From a virus (taxonomy: Duplodnaviria > Caudoviricetes): a DNA stretch of 64,000 nt. Numbering within the stretch: position 1 is the first letter of the stretch; the number at the start of each line of letters is the position of its first letter. The notes under the pieces were generated by a model, which worked only from the letters and a program-made list of their open reading frames with translations, was not told the origin of the DNA and did not search any database. The stretch covers positions 208-64,207 of IMG/VR virus record IMGVR_UViG_3300020156_000029; one strand, given 5' to 3'. The translations under genes and the position numbers were made by a program. This document shows, one piece after another, positions 1-9,787 of this stretch.

Positions 1-2
1 CG

Positions 3-482
3 GGCAAGAGCACCGTCGCTGGGACGCTGACGGGGTCGTTCGACTACAACCGGCTCGCCTTCGCCGACCCCCTGAAGGGGATGCTCACCTCGGTCGGTTT
101 CACCCGCGAACAGCTATACGGGGCCGAAAAAGAGGCCCTGATCCCCGACCTTGGCGTCACCCCGCGCCAGGCGATGCAGACCCTCGGCACCGATTGGGGC
201 CGGAAGACGATCAGCCCCGACATCTGGGTCAACCTCTGGACCCGCAAGGCGCGCGATCTCCTGGCGGCCGGCGCATCCGTGGTCGCCGACGATGTCCGAT
301 TCCCGAACGAAGTGGCCGCGATCAAGGCCCTGGGCGGTCAAATCTGGCGCGTCGAACGCCCCGGCACGGTCCAGATGACCCACGAGAGCGAAAAACACGA
401 CCTCGTGGCTGACCTGACGATCCGCAACGACGGCTCGATGGCCGACCTGTCCTGGGTCGTGGCCGGATTGGCGCGCGCATGA
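3..482 (+). CDS. Deoxynucleoside monophosphate kinase (5'-truncated by window edge)
   Basis: Frame open from base 3 (GKSTVA, end of P-loop), then FADPLK, 'TPRQAMQTLGTDWGR', 'DDVRFPNE', 'HESE' motifs typical of phage dNMP kinases. Confidence 0.85.
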   Translation, partial: GKSTVAGTLTGSFDYNRLAFADPLKGMLTSVGFTREQLYGAEKEALIPDLGVTPRQAMQTLGTDWGRKTISPDIWVNLWTRKARDLLAAGASVVADDVRFPNEVAAIKALGGQIWRVERPGTVQMTHESEKHDLVADLTIRNDGSMADLSWVVAGLARA

Positions 483-1027
483 GGGTCAACCGCACCGAGT
501 TGGCCGAGGTTCTCGGCGTCTCCATGCCGACGATCACCGCCTGGATGGGTGAGGAGCCTCCGCTCCCCTATGTCGAGGGCGGCGGGAAGGGGAAGCCCTA
601 CATTTTCGAGACCACCGAGTGCATCGAGTGGTGGGCGGAGAACAAGCGCCGCCGCGCCAGGCCCGCCATCCCGAACGCCGACCCCTTTGCCGACCCCGCC
701 GACATGCCGGAGTCGTTCGACGAGGCTGAGCGCCGAAAGATGGTGGCTAACGCTGACAAGGCCGAACTCGAACTGGCCAAGGCGGCCGGCCTTGTCGTCG
801 AGATCACCGACGTCGCGGCGGCCATCGCCGAGATGCACGTCCGCGTGCGGACTCGGCTCCTCGGCATCGGCAACAAGGTCCGCGTCGCGGCCACGGCCTA
901 CTTCGGCGGCGACAAGGCGGCCGAGGAAAAGATCGTCGCCGCCGTCGAGGAGGTGATCGCCGACGCCATGGTCGAAATCCGCGACAACCCATTCGAGGAT
1001 GACGAGGCCGTCGAACCGGATGAGTGA
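479..1027 (+). CDS. Terminase small subunit, lambda Nu1-like
   Basis: N-terminal wHTH 'VNRTELAEVLGVSMPTITAW...GGGKGKPYIFET', coiled coil 'ADKAELELAK'; directly upstream of terL. Confidence 0.85.
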   Translation: MRVNRTELAEVLGVSMPTITAWMGEEPPLPYVEGGGKGKPYIFETTECIEWWAENKRRRARPAIPNADPFADPADMPESFDEAERRKMVANADKAELELAKAAGLVVEITDVAAAIAEMHVRVRTRLLGIGNKVRVAATAYFGGDKAAEEKIVAAVEEVIADAMVEIRDNPFEDDEAVEPDE

Positions 1028-2975
1028 GGCGCGGCCCATCGCTGTTCTGAAGCGAATCCGCGACGCCCAGGTCAACGCCCTGCACCTGGCGCTTCGCGGA
1101 TCGTTCGCGCGCGCCTACGCCCCGCCGCCGAAGATGCCGCTGTCGGATTGGGCCGACAAGTACCGCGTCCTGTCGCCGGAGGCCGCTGCGCTCCCCGGCC
1201 GCTGGAAAACGTCGAACGAACCGATGGCCAAGGGCGTCATGGACGCCGTCACGAGCCCGCTCGTCGAGAAGGTGACGGTCATGGCCGCCGCCCAGGTGCT
1301 CAAGACCGAGTTCGTGCTGAACGCGATCGGCTACTACGCCCACGGCGAACCCGGCCCGATGCTCGTGGTCTACCCGACCGTCGAGGCGGCCGAGATGTTC
1401 TCGAAGGAGCGTCTCGCGCCGATGATCCGCGACACGCCGGTCTTGCGGAAGGTGTTCTCCGAGCGTGCCCGAGAACAGGGCGACAAAATCCTGCAGAAGG
1501 CCTTCCCCGGCGGCCGTCTGAGCATGGTCGGCGCGAACGCCCCGGCCGGCCTAGCCTCGCGCCCGATCCGGTTCGTGCTGTGCGACGAGGTGGACCGCTA
1601 CCCGGCCAGTGCCGGCGGCGGGGGCAAGAAGGGGGAGGGCGACCCGGTCGGCCTGGCCGAGGAGCGGACGTCGACGTTCGCCAACCGGAAGATCGTGCTC
1701 GTCTCGACGCCTACGACCAAGGGCTATTCGAGGATCGAGGCGTCGTTCGAGGAGGGCGATCAGCGCCGATTCCATGTCCCCTGTCCGCATTGCGGCGTCC
1801 GCCAGGTGATCACCTGGGCCGGCGTGAAGTGGGACAAGAACGAGGATGGCGAACACGATCCCGCGACCGCGCGGTTCGTCTGCCAAGCCCCTCACGACCC
1901 TGAGACGGGCGAGGTGTGCGGCAAGGCGTGGACCGAGGCCCAGCGCCTCGACGCGCTGGCGGATGGCGAGTGGATCGCGACGAAGCCCTTCAAGGGTCAC
2001 GCCAGCTTCCACGCCTCGCAGCTTTCGTCGAAGCGCGTCCCGCTCTCCCAAATCGTCAAGAAGTTCCTCGACGCGAAGGGGTTCGTCGAGAAGCTGAAGA
2101 AGTGGACCAACCTATCTCTCGCCGAGACCTGGGAGGAGGGCGGCGAGCGTGCCGACCCCGAGACTCTGTTCGGCCGGCGTGAGGATTACGGCTTCGCTCC
2201 GCTCCCCGCAAAGGTCGCGCTCCTGACGTCGGGCGTCGACATTCAGGCAAACCGCTGGGAGGCGGAGATCGTCGGCTGGGGCGAGGGCGAGGAGTCGTGG
2301 TCGATTCAATACAAGGTCCACTACGGCGACCCGACCTCTCCGAGCTTCTGGGAGGCCCTCGACGACTTCCTCTTGCAAACCTTCGAGCATCCGCTCCTCC
2401 CCGCCGGCCAGGCGCTCAAAATCGACACGGCGTGCGTGGACTCGGGCTTCGAGACGTCGCGGGTCTACGACTTCTGCCGCCCTCGCTTCAGTCGCCGGGT
2501 GTTCGCGATCAAGGGGCCGTCGTCCAGTATCGGCCGCCCTATCTGGCCCCAGAAGGCGACGCGCAATGCAGCCAAGGCCGTCGACGTGTTTTTGATCGGC
2601 CTGGATGACGCCAAGACGGCGATGCAACGCCGGCTCCTCCTGACTGAGCCGGGCGCGGGCTATTGCCATTTTCCGAAGCGTGTCGAATACAGCGAACAGT
2701 ATTTCGAGCAACTGACGGTCGAGAAGCGGATCATCAAATATAAGTTCGGCCGCCCCTATAACGAGTGGCACACGCCTGACGGCGCTCGAAACGAGCCCTG
2801 GGACTGTCGCATCTACGCTTTCGCCGCTCGTCGATCATCTCCCGTAGATGTGTCTCGCCGCCTTGCTGAATGGCGTGGCAACATGAACACTAGGACGGCC
2901 GCGCTCGAACCAACGAGGCCAGCGGTCGCGCCATCAGGAGGGAGGCGAGTCAGGAGCGCCGGCGTTAGCGCTTGA
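1020..2975 (+). CDS. Terminase large subunit, lambda gpA family
   Basis: Walker A-like 'AAQVLKTE', Walker B 'LCDEVDRYP', 'VSTPT', CPHC zinc motif, 'GVDIQ' nuclease start, 'RNEPWDCRIY'. Confidence 0.95.
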   Translation: MSEARPIAVLKRIRDAQVNALHLALRGSFARAYAPPPKMPLSDWADKYRVLSPEAAALPGRWKTSNEPMAKGVMDAVTSPLVEKVTVMAAAQVLKTEFVLNAIGYYAHGEPGPMLVVYPTVEAAEMFSKERLAPMIRDTPVLRKVFSERAREQGDKILQKAFPGGRLSMVGANAPAGLASRPIRFVLCDEVDRYPASAGGGGKKGEGDPVGLAEERTSTFANRKIVLVSTPTTKGYSRIEASFEEGDQRRFHVPCPHCGVRQVITWAGVKWDKNEDGEHDPATARFVCQAPHDPETGEVCGKAWTEAQRLDALADGEWIATKPFKGHASFHASQLSSKRVPLSQIVKKFLDAKGFVEKLKKWTNLSLAETWEEGGERADPETLFGRREDYGFAPLPAKVALLTSGVDIQANRWEAEIVGWGEGEESWSIQYKVHYGDPTSPSFWEALDDFLLQTFEHPLLPAGQALKIDTACVDSGFETSRVYDFCRPRFSRRVFAIKGPSSSIGRPIWPQKATRNAAKAVDVFLIGLDDAKTAMQRRLLLTEPGAGYCHFPKRVEYSEQYFEQLTVEKRIIKYKFGRPYNEWHTPDGARNEPWDCRIYAFAARRSSPVDVSRRLAEWRGNMNTRTAALEPTRPAVAPSGGRRVRSAGVSA

Positions 2976-3298
2976 CCCATCGAAAGAAGCCACCTATGAC
3001 TTCTTTCCTAACGGAGAACATGATGACGAATGCACTTACCCCGCTCGATGTCGCACAGGTCAGGAACGACCTCGGCCATCTGTGGGGCCTCGACCGTACC
3101 CTGAGCCGCGCCGAACTGGCCCGTGCCCTGGACCTGTCGCCCCGCTACGGCGGCTCGCACATATCGAAACTCGAGGCGGGGAAGACGACTCTCTCGGGTC
3201 CGATTGAGGTCGCGTTAAGGATGATGTTGGCCGGTTGTCGACCGCACACCATGGACGACGTTATCAAGCCGGGTTACCCGAGAGGAGCGTTGACGTGA
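2972..3298 (+). CDS. XRE-family HTH protein
   Basis: 'LSRAELARALDLS...HISKLEAGK' Cro/CI-type HTH; true start may be a downstream ATG. Confidence 0.6.
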   Translation: MTHRKKPPMTSFLTENMMTNALTPLDVAQVRNDLGHLWGLDRTLSRAELARALDLSPRYGGSHISKLEAGKTTLSGPIEVALRMMLAGCRPHTMDDVIKPGYPRGALT

Positions 3299-3681
3299 GA
3301 AAGATCATCTACGGCGCGGGTGTCGTCTCCGCCGCCTTCATCGCCCTGGTCGCGTGCATCGAAGGAAGCGCGCCCGTTCAGACCGCCGAGGCCGCCCCGG
3401 TCGCGACCGTCTCGCGCACCGCGCCGCCGGCGCTGACGGTCTGTCGGGCCATGCACGAGCGCCTCCTGAACGGCCACAACGCCGCCAACGCGGCCGACCT
3501 CGAGCGCGAATGCCTCGCGGTGATTAACGAGGTCGACGGCGCGTGCCGCACCTACGCCAAGGCGGCCTCTCGGCTGGGCTTCAAGGCCCAGCGGATACGG
3601 GGCGACTCCCCGATCGCGCTCGAGGGCTACCGCCTGGCGCGCGAAGACAGCGCCGCCGCGTGGGAGCGATGCGCGGCCTGA
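3295..3681 (+). CDS. Hypothetical exported, Cys-rich protein
   Basis: GTG overlapping upstream stop with GGAG upstream; hydrophobic N-terminus, several Cys. Confidence 0.5.
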   Translation: MRKIIYGAGVVSAAFIALVACIEGSAPVQTAEAAPVATVSRTAPPALTVCRAMHERLLNGHNAANAADLERECLAVINEVDGACRTYAKAASRLGFKAQRIRGDSPIALEGYRLAREDSAAAWERCAA

Positions 3682-3690
3682 AGGCGACCC

Positions 3691-3733
3691 GACCCGCCCC
3701 GTAGCGTTGCCGAGCCCGCCGTAATGTGCGGGC
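3691..3733 (+). promoter_or_regulatory. Putative late promoter (GACCCGCCCCG-N20-TAATGT-N6-ATG)
   Basis: Same box and spacing recur at 10478, 21233, 27702, 31053 (N19) and 62612, always intergenic. Confidence 0.7.
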
Positions 3734-3964
3734 ATGGCAACCCCGGTCATCGGATCATCGACCTACTACCGCGACTCGCTCGCCGAGGTGAACGCGGCCA
3801 TCACGGCCGTCACCACCCGAGGTCAGCGCTACAAGATCGGCGACCGCGAAGTCTGGCGCGGCGATCTCGAATGGCTGTTCTCTGAGCGCAAGCGCCTCGA
3901 GCCCCTGGCCAACGCCGAGGGCCGTGGTGGGGGCCTCCGCATCCGCCGGGTGATCCCGCTGTGA
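3734..3964 (+). CDS. Head-tail joining protein, gpW-like
   Basis: 76 aa immediately before the portal; 'AAITAVTTRGQRYKIGDREV'. Confidence 0.75.
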   Translation: MATPVIGSSTYYRDSLAEVNAAITAVTTRGQRYKIGDREVWRGDLEWLFSERKRLEPLANAEGRGGGLRIRRVIPL

Positions 3965-5583
3965 AGTTGCCGCCTCCGAATCTCTGGGAGCGCGGCCTCG
4001 CGGCCGTCGCGCCCAAGCGCGCCATGGCGTCCTATCAGGCCCGCGTCGCCTTCTACGGCGCGGGGCAATACTCCGGCGCGTCCTCGACCAAGACGTCGAT
4101 GCGGAACTTCAATCCGCGCCCTGGCTCCGCCGACAGCGACACGATCGGCGATCTCGAGACTCTCCGCGCCCGATCGCGCGACCTGAGCCGCAACGCCGGC
4201 CTGGCGCGCGGCGCGCGGAACACCCAGAAGGTCAACGTCGTCGGCACCGGCCTCCGGCTCCGCGCCATGCTTCAGCGCGAGGTGCTCGGCCTGTCCAACG
4301 ACGCGGCCGAGGCGTGGGAGGATGAGGTCGAGGTGCTGTTCCACCTCTGGGCCAACTCCAAATTCTGCGACGTCACCCGCACCCAGAACTTCTACGAGCT
4401 TCAGGCGCTCGCCTTCCTCGGCGCGTTCGACAGCGGAGACGTGTTCGCCCTTCGCCGCTACAAGGAGGGTGCGTCCTTCCTGGCGCTGTGCCTTCAACTG
4501 ATCGAGGCCGACCGGGTCGCGACGCCTGACAATCTGTCGGCCGACCCGGCGAAGGACATTCGCGACGGAGTCGAGGTCGACGGCGACGGCGAGGCGATCG
4601 CCTATCACGTCCGCAACACGCACCCCGGCGACGACGGCACCCGCACGACCTTCGATCCGGGGGCGCAAGACTTCGTCCGCATCCCGGCTCGCGGCGCGAG
4701 CGGCGACCCGCTGATGGTCCACCTGTTCGATCGGGACCGGATCGGCCTGTCGCGCGGCGTGCCGGCGCTGGCCGCCGTGATCGAGCCGCTGAAGCAACTC
4801 GACCGTTACAGCGAGGCCGAGTTGATGGCCGCCGTGGTGTCGGCCTTCTTCACCGTCTTCATCAAGAACGACAACGGCACCTCGGACATCGCCACCCAGG
4901 GCGAGGAGATCGGCGGCGGCGCGTTCGGAGGCGACGGAATCCCGACGCCCTCGAACCAAGTCGCGCTCGGTTCCGGCTCGGTCGTCGAACTCGGCGCGGG
5001 CGAGAGCATCGAGACAGCCAACCCCTCGCGGCCGAACGCCAACTTCGACGCCTTCTGGCTGTCGATGGTGCGTCAAATCGGCATCACGCTCGGCATCCCC
5101 TACGAGGTGCTGATCATGCACTTCTCGTCGAGCTACACGGCCTCGAAGGCCGCGCTCGAGGTCGCATGGCAGTTCTTCATGGAACGCCGCACCTGGCTCG
5201 CCCGCAACTTCTGCCAGCCGGTCTATGAGTGGTTCCTGACCGAGTGCATCGCGCGCGGGATCATCAAGGCCCCCGGCTTCCTCGACGACCCGATCAAGCG
5301 TGCCGCATGGTGCGGTTCGGAGTGGATCGGGCCGGTGCAAATCAGCCTCGACCCCGTCAAGGAAGCGAAGGCGGCCGAGGCGTGGATCGACCTGGGCGTC
5401 GAGACCCTCGAATCCGTGACGATCAAGACCAACGGCGGCGATATGTGGCGCAATCAGGAACAGCGGGGCCGCGAGGTCAAGCTGCGCGAGAGCATGAAGC
5501 TCCACGAGAGCCCGGCCCGCCCGCAACCGCCCAAGCCCGAACCGACTACGCCCCCAGGAGGCACGCCCAATGCGGGTTCTTGA
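3961..5583 (+). CDS. Portal protein, lambda family
   Basis: 'LRARSRDLSRN', 'QLIEADR', 'RGVPALA', 'SSYTASKA', 'DPVKEAKA' motifs. Confidence 0.95.
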   Translation: MKLPPPNLWERGLAAVAPKRAMASYQARVAFYGAGQYSGASSTKTSMRNFNPRPGSADSDTIGDLETLRARSRDLSRNAGLARGARNTQKVNVVGTGLRLRAMLQREVLGLSNDAAEAWEDEVEVLFHLWANSKFCDVTRTQNFYELQALAFLGAFDSGDVFALRRYKEGASFLALCLQLIEADRVATPDNLSADPAKDIRDGVEVDGDGEAIAYHVRNTHPGDDGTRTTFDPGAQDFVRIPARGASGDPLMVHLFDRDRIGLSRGVPALAAVIEPLKQLDRYSEAELMAAVVSAFFTVFIKNDNGTSDIATQGEEIGGGAFGGDGIPTPSNQVALGSGSVVELGAGESIETANPSRPNANFDAFWLSMVRQIGITLGIPYEVLIMHFSSSYTASKAALEVAWQFFMERRTWLARNFCQPVYEWFLTECIARGIIKAPGFLDDPIKRAAWCGSEWIGPVQISLDPVKEAKAAEAWIDLGVETLESVTIKTNGGDMWRNQEQRGREVKLRESMKLHESPARPQPPKPEPTTPPGGTPNAGS

Positions 5584-6793
5584 CACCGCCCTAACGACCG
5601 TCTGGGCCATGGAGGAGGCCGCCCTCGAGCGGCTCCTCGACATCGCCGCTCGCCAGAACGAGACGACGCCGGAGGCCCTCGAAGCCTACCGGGCGAAGTC
5701 GATGGACCGCGCCGAGAAGGCGAAGGTGCGTGAAGGCGTCGCGATCATTGAGGCGATCGGCCCGATGTTCCAGCGCGCGAACCTGATGACCGCCATGTCG
5801 GGCGCGACGTCCTACGACACGCTTCGCCGCGATTTCCAGACCGCGATCGACGACCCGAAGATCAAGGGCGTCGTCCTGAACGTCGACACGCCCGGCGGCG
5901 CAGCCCTGGGCGTCAACGAACTGGCCGAGGCGGTCTATCAGGCGCGCGGCGTGAAGCCGATCGTCGCCTATGTGGGCGGCATGGGCTGCTCGGCCGGCTA
6001 CTGGCTCGCCAGCGCCGCCGACAAGGTCGTCGTCGACCCGATGGCCGTGCTGGGTTCCATCGGTGCGCAGATCGCGACCTCCGACTCCACCGCCGCCGAC
6101 GAGAAGAAGGGCGTGAAGCGCTTCCGCTTCGTCTCGTCGGTCTCGCCGAACAAGAACGCGGAGCCGGGCACCGAGGAAGGCTCGGCCGAGCTTCAGAAGA
6201 CCGTCGACGCCATGGGCCAGGTCTTCGTTGATGTCGTCGCGCGCAATCGCGGCGTGGATACCGAAACCGTCCTGAAAGACTTCGGGAAGGGTGGCACTTT
6301 TGTCGGCAAGGATGCGGTGAAAGCCGGCCTGGCCGACGCGGTCGGCGACTTCGAGGCGGTCCTGGCGGAACTCTCCGCCGGCTCCAAGAAGTCGTCGTCC
6401 ACCGGATCAACTCGTAAGGGAACCGCGATGAGCGACCAAACGGCCGAAACGGCCAACGAACCGAAGGCGGAGACGGTGGACGTCAACGCCGCCGTTGCTT
6501 CGGCCCTGGCGGCCGAGCGCACCCGCATGGCCGGCATCGACCGTATCGCCGCCGCGCACGCCGTCGAGGCCTCGATCGTGGCCAAGGCCAAGGAAGACGG
6601 TTCGACCGTCGAAGCCTTCGCCCTGGCCGTCGCCGACGCCGCTTCCGCCGCCCAGGCCAAGGCCGCCGAGAAGAAGCTCGAGGCCCTGAAGGACGACGAG
6701 GCCGAAGCCGGCCAAGCCGCTCCCTCGACCGGCGCGGAGAAGACCGGCGAGAAGACCGCCGCCGACATTGCCGCCGAAATCATCGCGGCCTAA
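5570..6793 (+). CDS. S49 family capsid maturation protease with C-terminal scaffold (lambda C/Nu3-like)
   Basis: 'DTPGG', 'CSAGYWLAS', 'GSIG' S49 motifs; Ala/Glu-rich C-terminus with an in-frame internal ATG at 6428 preceded by AAGGGA. Confidence 0.9.
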   Translation: MRVLDTALTTVWAMEEAALERLLDIAARQNETTPEALEAYRAKSMDRAEKAKVREGVAIIEAIGPMFQRANLMTAMSGATSYDTLRRDFQTAIDDPKIKGVVLNVDTPGGAALGVNELAEAVYQARGVKPIVAYVGGMGCSAGYWLASAADKVVVDPMAVLGSIGAQIATSDSTAADEKKGVKRFRFVSSVSPNKNAEPGTEEGSAELQKTVDAMGQVFVDVVARNRGVDTETVLKDFGKGGTFVGKDAVKAGLADAVGDFEAVLAELSAGSKKSSSTGSTRKGTAMSDQTAETANEPKAETVDVNAAVASALAAERTRMAGIDRIAAAHAVEASIVAKAKEDGSTVEAFALAVADAASAAQAKAAEKKLEALKDDEAEAGQAAPSTGAEKTGEKTAADIAAEIIAA

Positions 6794-6811
6794 CCGGGAA
6801 GCCCAGAGACC

Positions 6812-7198
6812 ATGAGCACCAACTATTCCCCGTCTCACGCCCAGGGCTTCACGAGCGAAGGCTCGGTCACCCAGGACAAGCTGTTCGACCGCGAGACCAT
6901 CACCCGCAAGGTGACCCTCGACGCCGGCAACCTTCAGCGCGGCGCGCTTCTCGGCAAGATCACCGCGAGCGGCAAGTATGTCCTGTCGCTGGCCGCCGCG
7001 ACGGATGGCTCGGAAGTGCCCGACGCGATCCTGCTGCACGCCGCCGACGCCTCGGCCGCCGATCAGGAAGTGATCGTCGCCATCAAGGGCCGCTTCAACG
7101 GCGGCGCGCTGATCTACGGCACCGGCCACACGGCCGCCAGTGTCGACGGCGCACTCCGCGACAAGAACATCTACCTCGAAACCATCATCGGCGCGTAA
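6812..7198 (+). CDS. Head decoration protein (lambda gpD-like)
   Basis: 'GALLGKITASGKY...DGSEVPDAIL'; position between protease and capsid. Confidence 0.9.
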   Translation: MSTNYSPSHAQGFTSEGSVTQDKLFDRETITRKVTLDAGNLQRGALLGKITASGKYVLSLAAATDGSEVPDAILLHAADASAADQEVIVAIKGRFNGGALIYGTGHTAASVDGALRDKNIYLETIIGA

Positions 7199-7221
7199 GG
7201 CCGTAGGAGATCAATAGACCC

Positions 7222-8253
7222 ATGGTCGACGTCCACTCCACCCAGGTCTTGAACCGCGTCATCGACGAGATGCCGGATCGGACCACCTTCCTCGTCGATA
7301 TGTTCTTCCCCGGCGTCGACGTGTCGGATGAAGAAACCATCCTGTTCGACAGCACCAACGGCCGCAAGCTGATTGCGCCGTTCGTGTCGCCGCTGGCCGA
7401 GGGCCGCATCGTGGCCGACCTGGGCTATGAGACGGATTCGTTCCGCCCGGCCTACGTCAAGGACAAGCGCTTCTTCGACCCGAAGAAGGGCTCGACCCGC
7501 CTGCCCGGCGAGAAGATCGGCGGCACGCTGACTCCGGCCGCACGCATCAATCGCGCGATCAAGGCCAACCTCCAAGAGCAACTCGACATGCTGTCGGGCC
7601 GCTTCGAGGTCATGGCCGGCGAAATCCTCCGCACCGGCAAGGTGGTCATCAAGGGTGAGCGCTACCCCGAACGCCTGGTCGACTTCAAGCGCCGCGCCGA
7701 GAACACCGTGATCCTGACCGGCGGTGACCGCTGGGGCGAGGTCGGTGTCAATCCGTGGGATGAACTGGACGCCGAGGCCCAGGAGCTTTCGGACGCCACC
7801 GGCTACGGCGCGACCGACGTCATCTTCGGCCTGGAAGCCTGGAAGCTGTTCAAGCCGTCCATCCCCAAGGACGCGCTGGACAAGACCCTCGAGAACGGGT
7901 CGATGACCGAGGTGCTGATGGGCTACGTCCGTCAGCCGCGCGACGGCGTCGCCTATCGCGGCCGGTCGGGCTATCTGCGCTTCTGGACCTACACCGGCAC
8001 CTACACGGACCCGGAAGACGGCGTCACCAAGAAGACCCTGGGCGACCACGACGTCATCATCGGCGGCGCGTCGATCGACGGCGTCCGCCACTTCGGGGCG
8101 ATCCAAGACTTCGCCGCCGGCCTGCAGGCGCGTCAGTATTTCGTGAAGTCGAAGGAGCACTTCGACCCCTCGCGGATGGAATACCTGATGCAGTCCGCGC
8201 CGCTGCTTGTTCCGTATCGCCGGAACAACGTCAAGCGCCTGACGGTGCGCTAA
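7222..8253 (+). CDS. Major capsid protein (lambda gpE family)
   Basis: 'APFVSP', 'FRPAYVKDK', C-terminal 'MQSAPL'; strong RBS AGGAG. Confidence 0.95.
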   Translation: MVDVHSTQVLNRVIDEMPDRTTFLVDMFFPGVDVSDEETILFDSTNGRKLIAPFVSPLAEGRIVADLGYETDSFRPAYVKDKRFFDPKKGSTRLPGEKIGGTLTPAARINRAIKANLQEQLDMLSGRFEVMAGEILRTGKVVIKGERYPERLVDFKRRAENTVILTGGDRWGEVGVNPWDELDAEAQELSDATGYGATDVIFGLEAWKLFKPSIPKDALDKTLENGSMTEVLMGYVRQPRDGVAYRGRSGYLRFWTYTGTYTDPEDGVTKKTLGDHDVIIGGASIDGVRHFGAIQDFAAGLQARQYFVKSKEHFDPSRMEYLMQSAPLLVPYRRNNVKRLTVR

Positions 8254-8254
8254 G

Positions 8255-8737
8255 ATGAGGGTCCGTGGGAGAGGCACGGTTCTGAAGTGCGGGGGCGTTA
8301 AGTCGCCTCCCGCGCCCTTCATCGAACTGGAAGACGGCGAGGCCCTGGCCCTGATCGGGCTGGGTGTCGCTGAACGGGTCGAAGGCGAACTGCCGGCGGC
8401 CGAAAATCATCCCGAGGCCCCGGCCCCCGAGCCGGAGCCGGAGACAGACCCGGCGGCGAGCGCGGAAGACGCGGAGGAGGCTCCGGCCGAGCCGCCCGCG
8501 CCGCCCGCCGGGAACTCCGACGAGGAGCCGGCAAACCTGGCGCACGATCAAGAGCCGACTGAGCGCGAACAGACCATCACGGACGCCTTCGAGCTTCTGG
8601 CCGGGGACGACCTCGTGAAGACCGGCGAACGCGCCGGCCGTCCGAAGGTCTCCGCGATCGAGGACGCCACGGGCTTCAAGGACGTGACGGCCGACGAAGT
8701 GGATGCGCTGTGGGCCAACCGCGAGGGCGCGGAGTGA
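8255..8737 (+). CDS. Hypothetical head-associated protein (gpFI position)
   Basis: Acidic/Pro-rich ORF following the MCP; 'GRPKVSAIE' small domain. Confidence 0.55.
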   Translation: MRVRGRGTVLKCGGVKSPPAPFIELEDGEALALIGLGVAERVEGELPAAENHPEAPAPEPEPETDPAASAEDAEEAPAEPPAPPAGNSDEEPANLAHDQEPTEREQTITDAFELLAGDDLVKTGERAGRPKVSAIEDATGFKDVTADEVDALWANREGAE

Positions 8738-8795
8738 TCCGCGCCAATACCACGGTCATCGAGGGCGACAGCGGCCTCGATTAAGGAGCCGGCCC

Positions 8796-9131
8796 ATGGC
8801 CATCGAGACGGACGAAGACCGGCTCATATTTTTCGACGCGGATGATTTCGGGGTGGTGGCGATCATCACCCCGGCTTCCGGCGAGCCCCGCACGGTCGAG
8901 GGCATCTACGACGCCCCGGCAGTGACGCGCGGAGTCCGCCAGGACAACGGCTATTCCCGCCAGGCCGAGATCAACATGAACTCGCCGACCTTTCGTGGCC
9001 GCACCTCCGACCTGGCCGGCATCAAGTCGGGCCGCGCCTCGGCCGAGATCAACGGCGAGATGTTCGCCGTCCACGACGTCAAGCACGACGGCACCGGCCT
9101 GACGATCCTCGAACTCAAGAAGGGCGCTTGA
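8796..9131 (+). CDS. Head-tail joining protein (gpFII-like)
   Basis: AAGGAG RBS; 'FFDADDFG', C-terminal 'DGTGLTILEL'. Confidence 0.7.
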   Translation: MAIETDEDRLIFFDADDFGVVAIITPASGEPRTVEGIYDAPAVTRGVRQDNGYSRQAEINMNSPTFRGRTSDLAGIKSGRASAEINGEMFAVHDVKHDGTGLTILELKKGA

Positions 9132-9787
9132 TGCACCCGCGCAAGGTCATCCGCGACGCGGTGAAAGCGCGCCTTATCGGGGCGGCACCGGACTTCGCCA
9201 CGCCGGCCCAGGAGCGCGTCTATTCCAGCATGACGCCGATCGCCAACCTCGAGGCCGTGCTGGCCGACGAGGGGCCGCTGATCGCGCTCTACCTCCGTCA
9301 GGAGGACAAGATCGAATATCCGACCATGGGCGCGGACGCCGCGCTCTGGCGGACGGCCGAACTCGTCGTCGAATACCTGAGCGTCTCGGGCATCGCCGCC
9401 GGCGGGCAATATGACATCGACGACCGGCTCGATGACGCGGCCGAGACGATCGAGGGGCTGATCGAGACCCTCGAGATTCCGAACATGCTCGGCACCGAGA
9501 TCAGGCTCAAGGAGAGCACGATCGACGTGACCGACGCCGGCGAGCGCATCCTAGGCGGCATCTTCCTCGTCTGGGATGTCAAATATTGGACGCACTACCG
9601 GCCCGACACCTCGACGCCTCCGCCGCTACCGACTGAGGTGGTGACCGTCCCCGATGTGACGACGGACGTGCCGCCGGAGGAGCCCAGCGGACCCGCCGGC
9701 CCGCACATACCTGGGCCTGGCCAGGGCACCGACGAGAGCTTCAACGAGGCCGCCTTCCTGCATGGGGCCGAGGTGCGCCGTGTTTAA
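9131..9787 (+). CDS. Tail completion/terminator-like protein
   Basis: 'MHPRKVIRDAVKARL...DDRLDDAAETIE'; synteny. Confidence 0.55.
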   Translation: MHPRKVIRDAVKARLIGAAPDFATPAQERVYSSMTPIANLEAVLADEGPLIALYLRQEDKIEYPTMGADAALWRTAELVVEYLSVSGIAAGGQYDIDDRLDDAAETIEGLIETLEIPNMLGTEIRLKESTIDVTDAGERILGGIFLVWDVKYWTHYRPDTSTPPPLPTEVVTVPDVTTDVPPEEPSGPAGPHIPGPGQGTDESFNEAAFLHGAEVRRV

